Positions 46,387 to 54,584 of a stretch of DNA of 64,000 bases are shown one piece after another; position 1 is the first letter of the stretch, and each line of letters starts with the position of its first letter. The notes under the pieces are model-generated. The model was not told the DNA's origin and did no database searches. It was given only the letters and a program-made list of their open reading frames with translations. The translations under genes and the position numbers were made by a program. Location of the stretch: positions 18,553-82,552 of the forward strand of contig CAZUDZ010000003.1 of the NCBI GenBank assembly GCA_964618765.1, in the 5' to 3' direction. The stretch comes from an uncultured Candidatus Saccharibacteria bacterium. GTDB lineage: Bacteria > Patescibacteriota > Dojkabacteria > SC72.

Positions 46387-47034
46387 ATGGGCGGTATACT
46401 AACAAAAAGACAGGAATCCGTTTTAAAATTAATAAGGAAATGCTACTTAGAGAATGGTTATGCCCCCTCTTTGGGCGAGCTACAAGAGTCTTTAGGCATA
46501 TCTTCTAAAAGAGGGGTTGTTAATCACTTAATTGCCCTCGAGAAGAAAGGGTACATTATCAGGACTGGGGAACCAAGAGGTATACATATGGTGAATGGTG
46601 AGGAGGAAGTAGTATATGATTATCTAATTGGAATTCCCATATTAGGATACGCGAATGCAGGAACACCTCTTGTGAATGCAGAGGAAGAGAATATTGGGAT
46701 TCTTAAAGTTGACCCTAAATTAATTGGGAAGAAGAAGAATCTTTTTGCATTAATTGTGAAAGGTGACTCTATGGATCTAACTCAAATTGATGGAGAGAAT
46801 ATTAATGAAGGAAGTTATTTAATAGTACAGAAGGATGTAGAGATGGAGGATGGAGATGTTGTTGTAGCGGTACTGGATAACAGTGCTACTGTTAAAAGAT
46901 TTAAGAAAGACAAAAACATGATAACTCTTTATCCAGAGTCTAGTAATCCTATCAACCAACCTATATTTTTGGATAGAGATACAGAGGTTATGTTTAATGG
47001 AAAAGTTATAAAAGTACTAGAGAATCCTACCTAA
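46387..47034 (+). CDS. lexA: SOS repressor LexA
   Basis: wHTH LTKRQ..GYAPS..EL, Ala-Gly cleavage site NAGTP, GDSM (Ser), TVKRF (Lys). Confidence 0.95.
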   Translation: MGGILTKRQESVLKLIRKCYLENGYAPSLGELQESLGISSKRGVVNHLIALEKKGYIIRTGEPRGIHMVNGEEEVVYDYLIGIPILGYANAGTPLVNAEEENIGILKVDPKLIGKKKNLFALIVKGDSMDLTQIDGENINEGSYLIVQKDVEMEDGDVVVAVLDNSATVKRFKKDKNMITLYPESSNPINQPIFLDRDTEVMFNGKVIKVLENPT

Positions 47035-47722
47035 TGTAAACTTTTTTTATATATTTCTTCATAATTCTCTTTATTTCTTGAAGCTCTTGTTTCCTAAAAG
47101 AATTTTGAGAAGAAAGAGTCGGATCTAAAGTTGTTCCTGGCCTAAAATTTTGGATATAGTAGCTTTTAGCTCCTTTAATCATCTCTCCTATCCTTTCAAC
47201 AGAGTCGTAGTCATGTAACCCTTTAACATAAGTAGTTCTAAATTCATAGTCAATATCAGAGTTCATTATTAAATCAATAGATTTCTGAATTCTTTCTGAG
47301 AAATCTTGTTTAGTGGAACTTTTGAAATAATCACTCTTAGGATATTTAACATCCATAGCTATATAATCAAGAAGATTTTGATCAAGAAGTTTTTTTAACC
47401 TACTTGGTTGTGTTCCATTACTATCTAATTTAACAAGATAGCCCATACTCTTTATCTTCTTAATCAGCTTCTCTAGATCAGAATGTATTAAAGGCTCTCC
47501 TCCTGTTATGACAACCCCATCTAGCTTATCTTTTCTTTTTCTTAAAAAATCAAAAAGATCCTTCTGAGTAATCCCTGTCTTCCTAGAAAATTTCTCAACA
47601 ACAAGCTCAGGATTATGACAGTAGGGGCACCTTAAATTACAGCCGTGTGTAAATATTACTGCAGATATCTTTCCTGGATAGTCTAAGAGAGAAGTTCTTT
47701 CCAAACCACTAATTCTTACCAT
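47027..47722 (-). CDS. nrdG: Anaerobic ribonucleotide reductase activating enzyme (radical SAM)
   Basis: SLLDYPG, GCNLRCPYCHN, ITGGEP, YEFRTT. Confidence 0.95.
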   Translation of the reverse strand: MVRISGLERTSLLDYPGKISAVIFTHGCNLRCPYCHNPELVVEKFSRKTGITQKDLFDFLRKRKDKLDGVVITGGEPLIHSDLEKLIKKIKSMGYLVKLDSNGTQPSRLKKLLDQNLLDYIAMDVKYPKSDYFKSSTKQDFSERIQKSIDLIMNSDIDYEFRTTYVKGLHDYDSVERIGEMIKGAKSYYIQNFRPGTTLDPTLSSQNSFRKQELQEIKRIMKKYIKKVYIR

Positions 47723-47735
47723 CTGTATATCCTTA

Positions 47736-47873
47736 CTAAGACTCTAGATTAAAGACCTTTCTGTCTTCCCATTCAGACTGTTTACCAACATTCCATTGTG
47801 AAAGAGGACTGAGATAGCCTACTACCCTTGAGTAAACTTCACACCTTTGTCTTGCTACTACTTTTTTAGACAT
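47736..47873 (-). CDS. Stand-alone glycyl-radical domain of class III RNR (45 aa; absent from the ORF track)
   Basis: Manual translation MSKKVVARQRCEVYSRVVGYLSPLSQWNVGKQSEWEDRKVFNLES*; contains YSRVVGYL and WNxGKxxExxDR. Confidence 0.93.
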   Translation of the reverse strand: MSKKVVARQRCEVYSRVVGYLSPLSQWNVGKQSEWEDRKVFNLES

Positions 47874-47896
47874 AATTATATATATTAAAAATTAAA

Positions 47897-49960
47897 TTAC
47901 TTCTCTTTAAACGGCCTCCCTTCTTCATACCCTAATTCCTCGTCACAAAGAGGACAATACACATGCTCCCCAACTAAATACCCGTGTTTTGGACAAATAC
48001 TAAAGGTAGGAGTGATGGAGAAGTAAGGTAAAGAGTAGTTCTCACATACCTTCCGTACTAGGTTTTTAACAGATTCCCCTGTAGGCATCCTTTCTCCCAG
48101 GAAGAGATGTAGAACTGTTCCTCCTGTGTATTTCGTTTGAAACTCATCTTGTAATTCTAAAGCCTCAAAGACATCATCTGTGTAACCAACTGGAAGCTGA
48201 GTACTATTAGTGTAATAGGGGGTAGCTGATTTACGCGTAGATATATCTGTTGCAGTCATTATTGATTCTCCAAATTTCTTTTTATCTGCCTTTGCAAACT
48301 TATATGAAGAAGACTCTCCCGGTGTTGCCTCTAAGTTGAAAAGACTGTTAGTCTCTTTCTGGTATCTCATAAGCCGTTCTCTCATATGATCCATTATCTC
48401 TAATGCAAATTCCCTTCCTTCTTCAGAGGTAATTCCTTTATCTTTATCTTTAAAGAAATTCATCATTGATTCATTCATACCCAAGATACCAATAGTGTTA
48501 AAGTGATTTTTAAAATACTCTTTAAACCTCTTCTTTATATCAGCAAGGTAGAAATGGGAGTAGGGGTACAAGCCTGCTTCTATATATTTTTCAATAAATT
48601 TCCTCTTGATAACTAAACTCTTCTTTGACAAATCCATTAATTTATCTAACCTCTTAAAATATTCTTTCTTACTGCTACTTAAATACCCAATCCTTGGAAG
48701 ATTAATAGTTACAACACCAATACTTCCTGTTAATGGATTAGATCCAAACAGACCACCTCCTCGCTTTTTTAATTCTCGATTGTCGATCCTGAGCCTACAA
48801 CACATGCTCCTGGCATCATCAGGATTCATATCTGAATTAATGAAATTCGAGAAATATGGGATACCATATTTAGCAGTCATCTCCCATATGGGCTTGTAAT
48901 CTTTATTATCCCAATCAAAACCCTTCGAGATATTGTATGTAGGTATGGGCCAAGAGAATAATCTGCCTTGTGCATCTCCTTCCATCATAATTTCACAAAA
49001 AGCCCTATTTATCATCCCCATCTCTTTCTGGAAATCCTTGTATTTCTCTTTTTGTACTTTTCCTCCAATAATTACTCCCTGATTAGCTAGTTGACCCGTT
49101 GGTATGAGATCCATCGTTATATTAGTAAAAGGAGCTTGGCACCCAACTCTAGTAGGAACATTCATATTAAAAACAAATTCTTGCATCTTCTGCTTTACTT
49201 GTTTGTATGTAAGCTTGTCATGTCTAATAAAAGGAGCTAGATATGTATCAAAACTAGAAAAAGCTTCCGCACCTGCTGCCTCATGTTGCAGGGTATAGAG
49301 GAAGTTAACACATTGACCTAATGCAGTACTAAAATGCTTTGCTGGTCCACATGATATCTTTCCCTTCACCCCTGTAAAACCTTTAAGAAGCAGATCTTCT
49401 AAACTCCAACCATTACAGTATGTAGCTAGCATTCCTAAATCATGAATATGAATATCCTTATCAATATTCGCATTAGAGATTTCTTTTGGATATATGCTGT
49501 GTAGCCAGTAATTAGCTTGTACAGTAGAGGAGATATAGTGGTTTAGACCTTGCCAAGAGTATGCCATATTACTATTCTCATTAACCTGCCAATCTAGTTT
49601 ATCAATGTACCCTCTTACTAAAGTATCAGCATCTATTAATGATTTAATATTTTTGACCTGATTCTTGAGACCAATGAATAGTTCAAATGCAACAGCAGTT
49701 TTACCATGCCCCATATCAATCAATGTTTGAGCTGTAATCTTTGAAATCTTCTTAGTGGTAACATACTCTTTTCCTGAATACTTCTCTTTCAATCTTCTTA
49801 CTACCTCATCAGCTATTTCGTATGCTCTCTCTCTATCCTCACCTCCGACACTCTCGGCAGCTTTAAATATTCCTGTAGCTAATCTCTCCTTCTCAAATTT
49901 TACTATTCGACCATCTCTCTTTTTTACTTTTAAAATCTTGGCAGGTTTCTGGGCAGGCAT
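47897..49960 (-). CDS. nrdD: Class III ribonucleoside-triphosphate reductase catalytic core, lacking the Gly-radical motif
   Basis: ATP-cone (KKRDGRIVKF), HIHDL, RSMCCRL finger loop, EATPGES, TGGTVLH, CPKH..CPLC zinc site, then stop. Confidence 0.96.
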   Translation of the reverse strand: MPAQKPAKILKVKKRDGRIVKFEKERLATGIFKAAESVGGEDRERAYEIADEVVRRLKEKYSGKEYVTTKKISKITAQTLIDMGHGKTAVAFELFIGLKNQVKNIKSLIDADTLVRGYIDKLDWQVNENSNMAYSWQGLNHYISSTVQANYWLHSIYPKEISNANIDKDIHIHDLGMLATYCNGWSLEDLLLKGFTGVKGKISCGPAKHFSTALGQCVNFLYTLQHEAAGAEAFSSFDTYLAPFIRHDKLTYKQVKQKMQEFVFNMNVPTRVGCQAPFTNITMDLIPTGQLANQGVIIGGKVQKEKYKDFQKEMGMINRAFCEIMMEGDAQGRLFSWPIPTYNISKGFDWDNKDYKPIWEMTAKYGIPYFSNFINSDMNPDDARSMCCRLRIDNRELKKRGGGLFGSNPLTGSIGVVTINLPRIGYLSSSKKEYFKRLDKLMDLSKKSLVIKRKFIEKYIEAGLYPYSHFYLADIKKRFKEYFKNHFNTIGILGMNESMMNFFKDKDKGITSEEGREFALEIMDHMRERLMRYQKETNSLFNLEATPGESSSYKFAKADKKKFGESIMTATDISTRKSATPYYTNSTQLPVGYTDDVFEALELQDEFQTKYTGGTVLHLFLGERMPTGESVKNLVRKVCENYSLPYFSITPTFSICPKHGYLVGEHVYCPLCDEELGYEEGRPFKEK

Positions 49961-49989
49961 TTTTACTGTTTTTAAATTTTAATTAATTG

Positions 49990-50433
49990 TTACTGTAGAC
50001 TCTCTATCTCTTTAACTATCTCATTAACATCTTTAAACCCCTTATATACAGAAGCAAACCTTATGTAGGCTAGGGTATCTCTTGTTTTTAACCAATCCAA
50101 TATCATCAACCCTATCTCCTGAGAAGTAACCATATCCTCCTTATTAAATACATACTTCTCTACTTCATCTACGAACTCCTCTATATCTTCCTCACTAATC
50201 CTTTCATCATCTACTGCTTTCTTTATCCCTTTCCTAATTTTCTCTGTATCAAATTTTTCTAAAGAGCCATCTTTTTTCTCTATACTAAGATCTGCTTTTT
50301 CCACTCTTTCATATGTAGTAAACCTTTTACTACACCTTAAGCACTGTCTTCTTCGTCTTGTAGAACTGTCGTCCCTGTTGTCTCTCTTATCAACTACTTT
50401 CGTCGCTTCACTGTCACAAAATGGACATTTCAT
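49990..50433 (-). CDS. nrdR: Transcriptional repressor NrdR
   Basis: MKCPFC, RRRRQCLRCSKRFTTYE, ATP-cone, AYIRFASVY; start refined to 50433. Confidence 0.97.
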   Translation of the reverse strand: MKCPFCDSEATKVVDKRDNRDDSSTRRRRQCLRCSKRFTTYERVEKADLSIEKKDGSLEKFDTEKIRKGIKKAVDDERISEEDIEEFVDEVEKYVFNKEDMVTSQEIGLMILDWLKTRDTLAYIRFASVYKGFKDVNEIVKEIESLQ

Positions 50434-50441
50434 AAAAATAA

Positions 50442-50488
50442 CCACAATATATTGTATGTGGATAATAAACTAATACAGCCAGTTGTAT
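50442..50488. promoter_or_regulatory. Tandem NrdR boxes (centres 31 bp apart) with a DnaA box between them
   Basis: ccACAATATATTGTat (50442-50457), atACAgccagTTGTat (50473-50488), TGTGGATAA (50457-50465), minus-strand TTGACG at 50495-50490. Confidence 0.75.
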
Positions 50489-50639
50489 ACGTCAAGAGCC
50501 TGTAGTAGGCAAATTGGGAGTTATTACTTCAAACAAAGGAGATCTCGTCAAATAGCAAGTTGCTATGGGGCTGTTTATATCTGTTATAGGCATAAATATA
50601 TGCTAATATATATTATATATAAACTTACCTTTTTTAAAA

Positions 50640-51158
50640 ATGGTTATACCTCTAGAAGATTTCCCTAAGTTAAGAGAGGAGAAATTAAAAGGAAAGACAA
50701 TTGTTGCAACATCTACTTTTATGGATCCTCCTCACCCAGGCCATGTCTCTTGTATTATGGAATCTAAAAAGTTTGGAGACATATTGGTAGTTATTATAGA
50801 TGGGGATACCAGAGCAAGGAATAAAAAGGGTAAAGAATTTATGCCTGCAGTTGATAGGGCCGATATCGCTGATGCCATAAAGGGTGTTGATTATGTCGTA
50901 ATACACGAAGACCCAGACGCATGGCACTGTGCAGATGCTGTTAAGCTTGTTAAACCAGATGTTTTTACAAAGGGTGGAGACAGAGATGAAAAGAACAGAG
51001 AGAACCCAGAGAGCGGTCTGAAATGGGAAGCAGATATAATTGAATCTTACGGTGGAAGAATAGAGTATGGAGTAGGAAAAGAGAAGGTTTGGTCCAGTTC
51101 AAACTACCTAGAAGAGTGGTATCAATTTAGGAAATCTCAAGAAGAGAAAGAGAAATAG
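50640..51158 (+). CDS. Cytidylyl/adenylyltransferase-family protein
   Basis: DPPHPGH (HxGH), IKGVDYV, KPDVFTKGGD, WSSS. Confidence 0.85.
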   Translation: MVIPLEDFPKLREEKLKGKTIVATSTFMDPPHPGHVSCIMESKKFGDILVVIIDGDTRARNKKGKEFMPAVDRADIADAIKGVDYVVIHEDPDAWHCADAVKLVKPDVFTKGGDRDEKNRENPESGLKWEADIIESYGGRIEYGVGKEKVWSSSNYLEEWYQFRKSQEEKEK

Positions 51159-51162
51159 ATTA

Positions 51163-52098
51163 CTAACTACAACTAGGATTTTGCTTAAGATAACAATATA
51201 TTGAATTAGCAGCTACTGCTCCTTCACCTACTGCGGTTACTACCTGTTGGAACTTATTTGAATTGGTAGTGCAATCCCCTGCAGCCCAAACTCCTTCAAG
51301 AGTTGTTGCTTGTCTCTGGTCTACTATAATATGTTGTTTTTCATCTAAATCAACCCCTAACAGAGTAGGTAAACTTATATCAGGTCTTGATCCTATCTCA
51401 ATAAACAATCCATCTAGATTAAGGTCAGTAGTTTCCTTGTTTTCCTCCTTTAACAAGACCTTCTCTAATCTTCCTTCTCCATATAATCCAACAACATTAG
51501 TATTAAAAAGAACCTCTATATTATCCTTACTCTCTACATCCTCAACCCATGCAGGCTCTCCTCTTAACTTATCTCCTCGGTAAATGATGTAAACTTTCTT
51601 GGCAATATCAGCTAGCATTGTAGCAGCCATAGTGGCAGCATTACTTCCTCCTACAACTCCGACAGTTTTTTCTTTGTAAAACATTGCATCACAGGTAGCA
51701 CAGTAAGAAACTCCCTTACCTAAATATTTGTCCTCATTTGGCAATTTTAATTTGTTTCTCTCTGTCCCAGTAGATAGAAGAACTGTTTTAGAGAAATACT
51801 CCTTTCCACTTTCTGTTATTAATTTAAACAAACCTCTTTCCTTCTTAATGTCAACAATATTTTCAAAAGAAAACTCTCCTCCTTGCTCTTTAGCTTGATC
51901 ATGCATTCTTTGACCTAATTCTAGGCCAGTTATATCTTTGAGACCTGGATAATTACATATCTTATGGGCATCTGCTATCGTGCCACCGGGCATTTTACCA
52001 AACACAATGTTTCTTAGTCGGTATCTACTCGCATATATGCTAGCACTTAGTCCTGCAGATCCAGATCCAACTATCGCAATGTCATAGAGGTCATTCAT
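51163..52098 (-). CDS. trxB: Thioredoxin reductase
   Basis: GSGSAGLSA, GKGVSYCATCD, VGGSNAA, FIEIG, WAAGD. Confidence 0.93.
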   Translation of the reverse strand: MNDLYDIAIVGSGSAGLSASIYASRYRLRNIVFGKMPGGTIADAHKICNYPGLKDITGLELGQRMHDQAKEQGGEFSFENIVDIKKERGLFKLITESGKEYFSKTVLLSTGTERNKLKLPNEDKYLGKGVSYCATCDAMFYKEKTVGVVGGSNAATMAATMLADIAKKVYIIYRGDKLRGEPAWVEDVESKDNIEVLFNTNVVGLYGEGRLEKVLLKEENKETTDLNLDGLFIEIGSRPDISLPTLLGVDLDEKQHIIVDQRQATTLEGVWAAGDCTTNSNKFQQVVTAVGEGAVAANSIYCYLKQNPSCS

Positions 52099-52177
52099 AG
52101 TTATTTTCGTAATAAATATATATCAAGAATGATATTTTAACATATATTTACAATGAAAATCTTTTAAAAGGGGTCTT

Positions 52178-52237
52178 AAGGAGGGAAATCTGTTTATATG
52201 AGCAATATGCTCTATATATTTGGCAGATTCCCTCCTT
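52178..52237. terminator. Long imperfect hairpin downstream of the lipoprotein gene
   Basis: AAGGAGGGAAATCTG...GAGCA-ATA-TGCTC...CAGATTCCCTCCTT. Confidence 0.55.
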
Positions 52238-52243
52238 GGCAAC

Positions 52244-52732
52244 CTATTCATTTACAGGAAGAAGAAAGTACTGACTTCCTGTAACTCTCCAAACGGAGAG
52301 TTCTGTGTTATTTTGAGAGTCGATACCCAGATTCTCAAAAATATACCAAGAGATAACTGTCTCTCCTAACCCAGGACAGTTTTCCTCTACAAAGTAGAGA
52401 TTGTCCTGTGGAATTTGGAAATCCCATGGAGGAGAGATCGGATCTTCCCAAGTACAAACCTTAGAACTTCGCAAGTAAAGACTTACTTCCACTAGGTTTG
52501 ACTGGTAAAGATTTTTCAGAAGAATGTAATCCCCAGAGGGGAGCTTAGCTCCTGTCTTGTCTTCAGGAATTGCAACATTCTTTTCCTCTGGTAATATTAC
52601 TACACTCCCTTTCTCTCTGGCTTTCTGCAGAGCCCAGTCTTGGGGGAGAGTGGAATCTTCAATCCCAGGACTCTCCGCACAAGCAGAAAGGAGTGCAAAA
52701 CCCAAAATGGTAATGATCAATAACTTTTTCAT
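52244..52732 (-). CDS. Predicted lipoprotein of unknown function
   Basis: MKKLLIITILGFALLSAC lipobox; SD-like GAAAGGA upstream; start refined to 52732. Confidence 0.75.
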   Translation of the reverse strand: MKKLLIITILGFALLSACAESPGIEDSTLPQDWALQKAREKGSVVILPEEKNVAIPEDKTGAKLPSGDYILLKNLYQSNLVEVSLYLRSSKVCTWEDPISPPWDFQIPQDNLYFVEENCPGLGETVISWYIFENLGIDSQNNTELSVWRVTGSQYFLLPVNE

Positions 52733-52940
52733 CTCTTTCCTTTCAGAATGGGACCTCAAAAGAGGTTGATTAATAACGACATAGAAACATCCATATTTTG
52801 AATATCTTTATGTCGCTATTAATCCAGAAAGAAATATTATGAATAGGTCTTTTTAAAGAGCAGTTACTCCTTATGTACTAAGACAAGAAGGAATATATAG
52901 GTGTCCAACCTATAGTATATTATACCATTTTTAGAGATAA

Positions 52941-53708
52941 TTAAACAATCACACCCCAACCCAATGTATTAGTCAATATTACTGGCTTATCCTCTCTTAC
53001 TATAACCATATACTCAAACATAACACTATTCCCTCCATAAAGAGTTCTAGCAGACCATCCATCCTCATCATCTATACTAACTCCATTAACATCATCAACA
53101 ACCTGACACTCTACACACAGCACCATCCCATCCTCTAATAATTCTCCTGTACCTTTCTTTCCGAAAGCAGGAACCTCAGGATCATCATGCAAAGTCTTTC
53201 CAATACCATGTCCTACAAACATTCTTAATGTATTGTATCCATTTTTCTTAGCTTCTTTCTCCATTTCATATCCTAAATCCCCAGTTCTGTTTCTTACTAC
53301 TGCCTTACTTACTGCATTCTCTACAGCAACTCTACCAGCATTTAGAAGCTTCTGGTTTTCTTTGGTTGGTTCCCCAATACTCCATGTCCAACAGTGATCT
53401 GTATATATATCCTTGTAATATATACCAAAATCAATAGAGACAAGGTCACCCTTTTTAAAGGGGATATCTTTAGGTACTCCATGCACTGCAACATCATTAA
53501 CAGAAATACAGGTATTAAAATTGTATCCTTCAACTCTCTTAAAAGCAGATTTAACACCATACTTTTTACATAAATATCCTGCTTGCATATCTATCTCCAA
53601 ACCAGTCACACCCTCCCTAAGCTTTTCTCCTAAATGCCTTAATATCCCCACAGATATCTCTGCTGCCTCTTTTAATATTTCTTCTTCTTTAGCTTTTGTT
53701 ACTATCAT
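52941..53708 (-). CDS. map: Methionine aminopeptidase type I
   Basis: CISVND.AVHG.P, SIDFG..TD, GHGIG..LH..P, CVE, FE. Confidence 0.95.
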   Translation of the reverse strand: MIVTKAKEEEILKEAAEISVGILRHLGEKLREGVTGLEIDMQAGYLCKKYGVKSAFKRVEGYNFNTCISVNDVAVHGVPKDIPFKKGDLVSIDFGIYYKDIYTDHCWTWSIGEPTKENQKLLNAGRVAVENAVSKAVVRNRTGDLGYEMEKEAKKNGYNTLRMFVGHGIGKTLHDDPEVPAFGKKGTGELLEDGMVLCVECQVVDDVNGVSIDDEDGWSARTLYGGNSVMFEYMVIVREDKPVILTNTLGWGVIV

Positions 53709-53756
53709 GATAGATTATACTACGATTGAAAAATTTAATTAATGATATACTCAATC

Positions 53757-54539
53757 ATGCAAAAAAGTAAAAAAGTTAATACAGAAAAACTACTCTTCTT
53801 TGATACGGAAACGACAGATATTCAAAGTAAAGATATTGTGCAACTAGCATTGTTAAAAGAAGATGGCACACAACTTAATATGTACTTTAACCCAATACAG
53901 GAGATTAGCTTTACAGCAATGTCCATACATCACCTAACCCCAGAGTTTTTGCAAAAATTTACACCTTTTGAGAATGCAAAACTTCCTAAAGATTTTCAAG
54001 ACCAAAAGTTTAAAGGAGATGATTTGAAGAAATATCTTGAGTATCTTGCTAAAGAATATATTTGGGTTGCTCACAATGTAGAATTTGACAAAGAGGTTTT
54101 AGAGAAGAAAGGTATAGAGATACCAAAAACCATATGTACATTCAAATTAGCTAGAAACATGCTAACAGAAAATGAGCTAGATTTAGAAAGTTACTCCTTA
54201 CAATACCTTCGTTACTATCTAGGTCTTTACAAAGCAGAAGATAGTGATCATAACTGTGCGCATGATGCATTAAGTGATGTATATTTTCTCAGAGATCTGT
54301 TTGAATATATTAAGAAAAATAGTAAATTAAGTATCGAGAATATGATGCAGATATCCAGAGAGCCTGCATACATTAGGAATATTAATTTCGGGAAATACGC
54401 AGGATATGCACTAAGTGATGTTGCAAAAGAGGACAGAGGATATCTTGAGTGGATGCTGAACAATCTTACAGAGAAAGATGATCTAAAATGGAATATTGAG
54501 AGGGTGCTGGATAGCGGTGGTGGAACTCTGTTTGGGTAA
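53757..54539 (+). CDS. DEDDh 3'-5' exonuclease (ExoX-like) with C-terminal FGKY module
   Basis: FDTETT, AHNVEFD, AHDALSD, NFGKYAG...YLEW; start refined to 53757. Confidence 0.9.
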   Translation: MQKSKKVNTEKLLFFDTETTDIQSKDIVQLALLKEDGTQLNMYFNPIQEISFTAMSIHHLTPEFLQKFTPFENAKLPKDFQDQKFKGDDLKKYLEYLAKEYIWVAHNVEFDKEVLEKKGIEIPKTICTFKLARNMLTENELDLESYSLQYLRYYLGLYKAEDSDHNCAHDALSDVYFLRDLFEYIKKNSKLSIENMMQISREPAYIRNINFGKYAGYALSDVAKEDRGYLEWMLNNLTEKDDLKWNIERVLDSGGGTLFG

Positions 54540-54584
54540 TTGGAAAAATTTACATATTAGAAGACATCAAGTATATTATTACAT

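Noticed and set aside
47874-47899. Stop read-through, frameshift or intron joining nrdD to the radical peptide
   Set aside because: The spacer is 23 nt (out of frame), pure A/T with additional stop triplets, too short for a self-splicing intron, and resembles other AT-rich initiation regions here
50496-50639. Short hairpins (GCCT/AGGC, ATAGCA/TGCTAT) and ORF 50483-50668 in the nrdR divergent region
   Set aside because: Stems are short enough to arise by chance; the ORF has a TTG start, no recognisable features and overlaps regulatory DNA
52178-52824. Hairpins flanking the lipoprotein gene as integron attC sites or IS ends
   Set aside because: No properly placed RYYYAAC/GTTRRRY boxes, the two hairpins are unrelated in sequence, and no integrase or transposase is nearby
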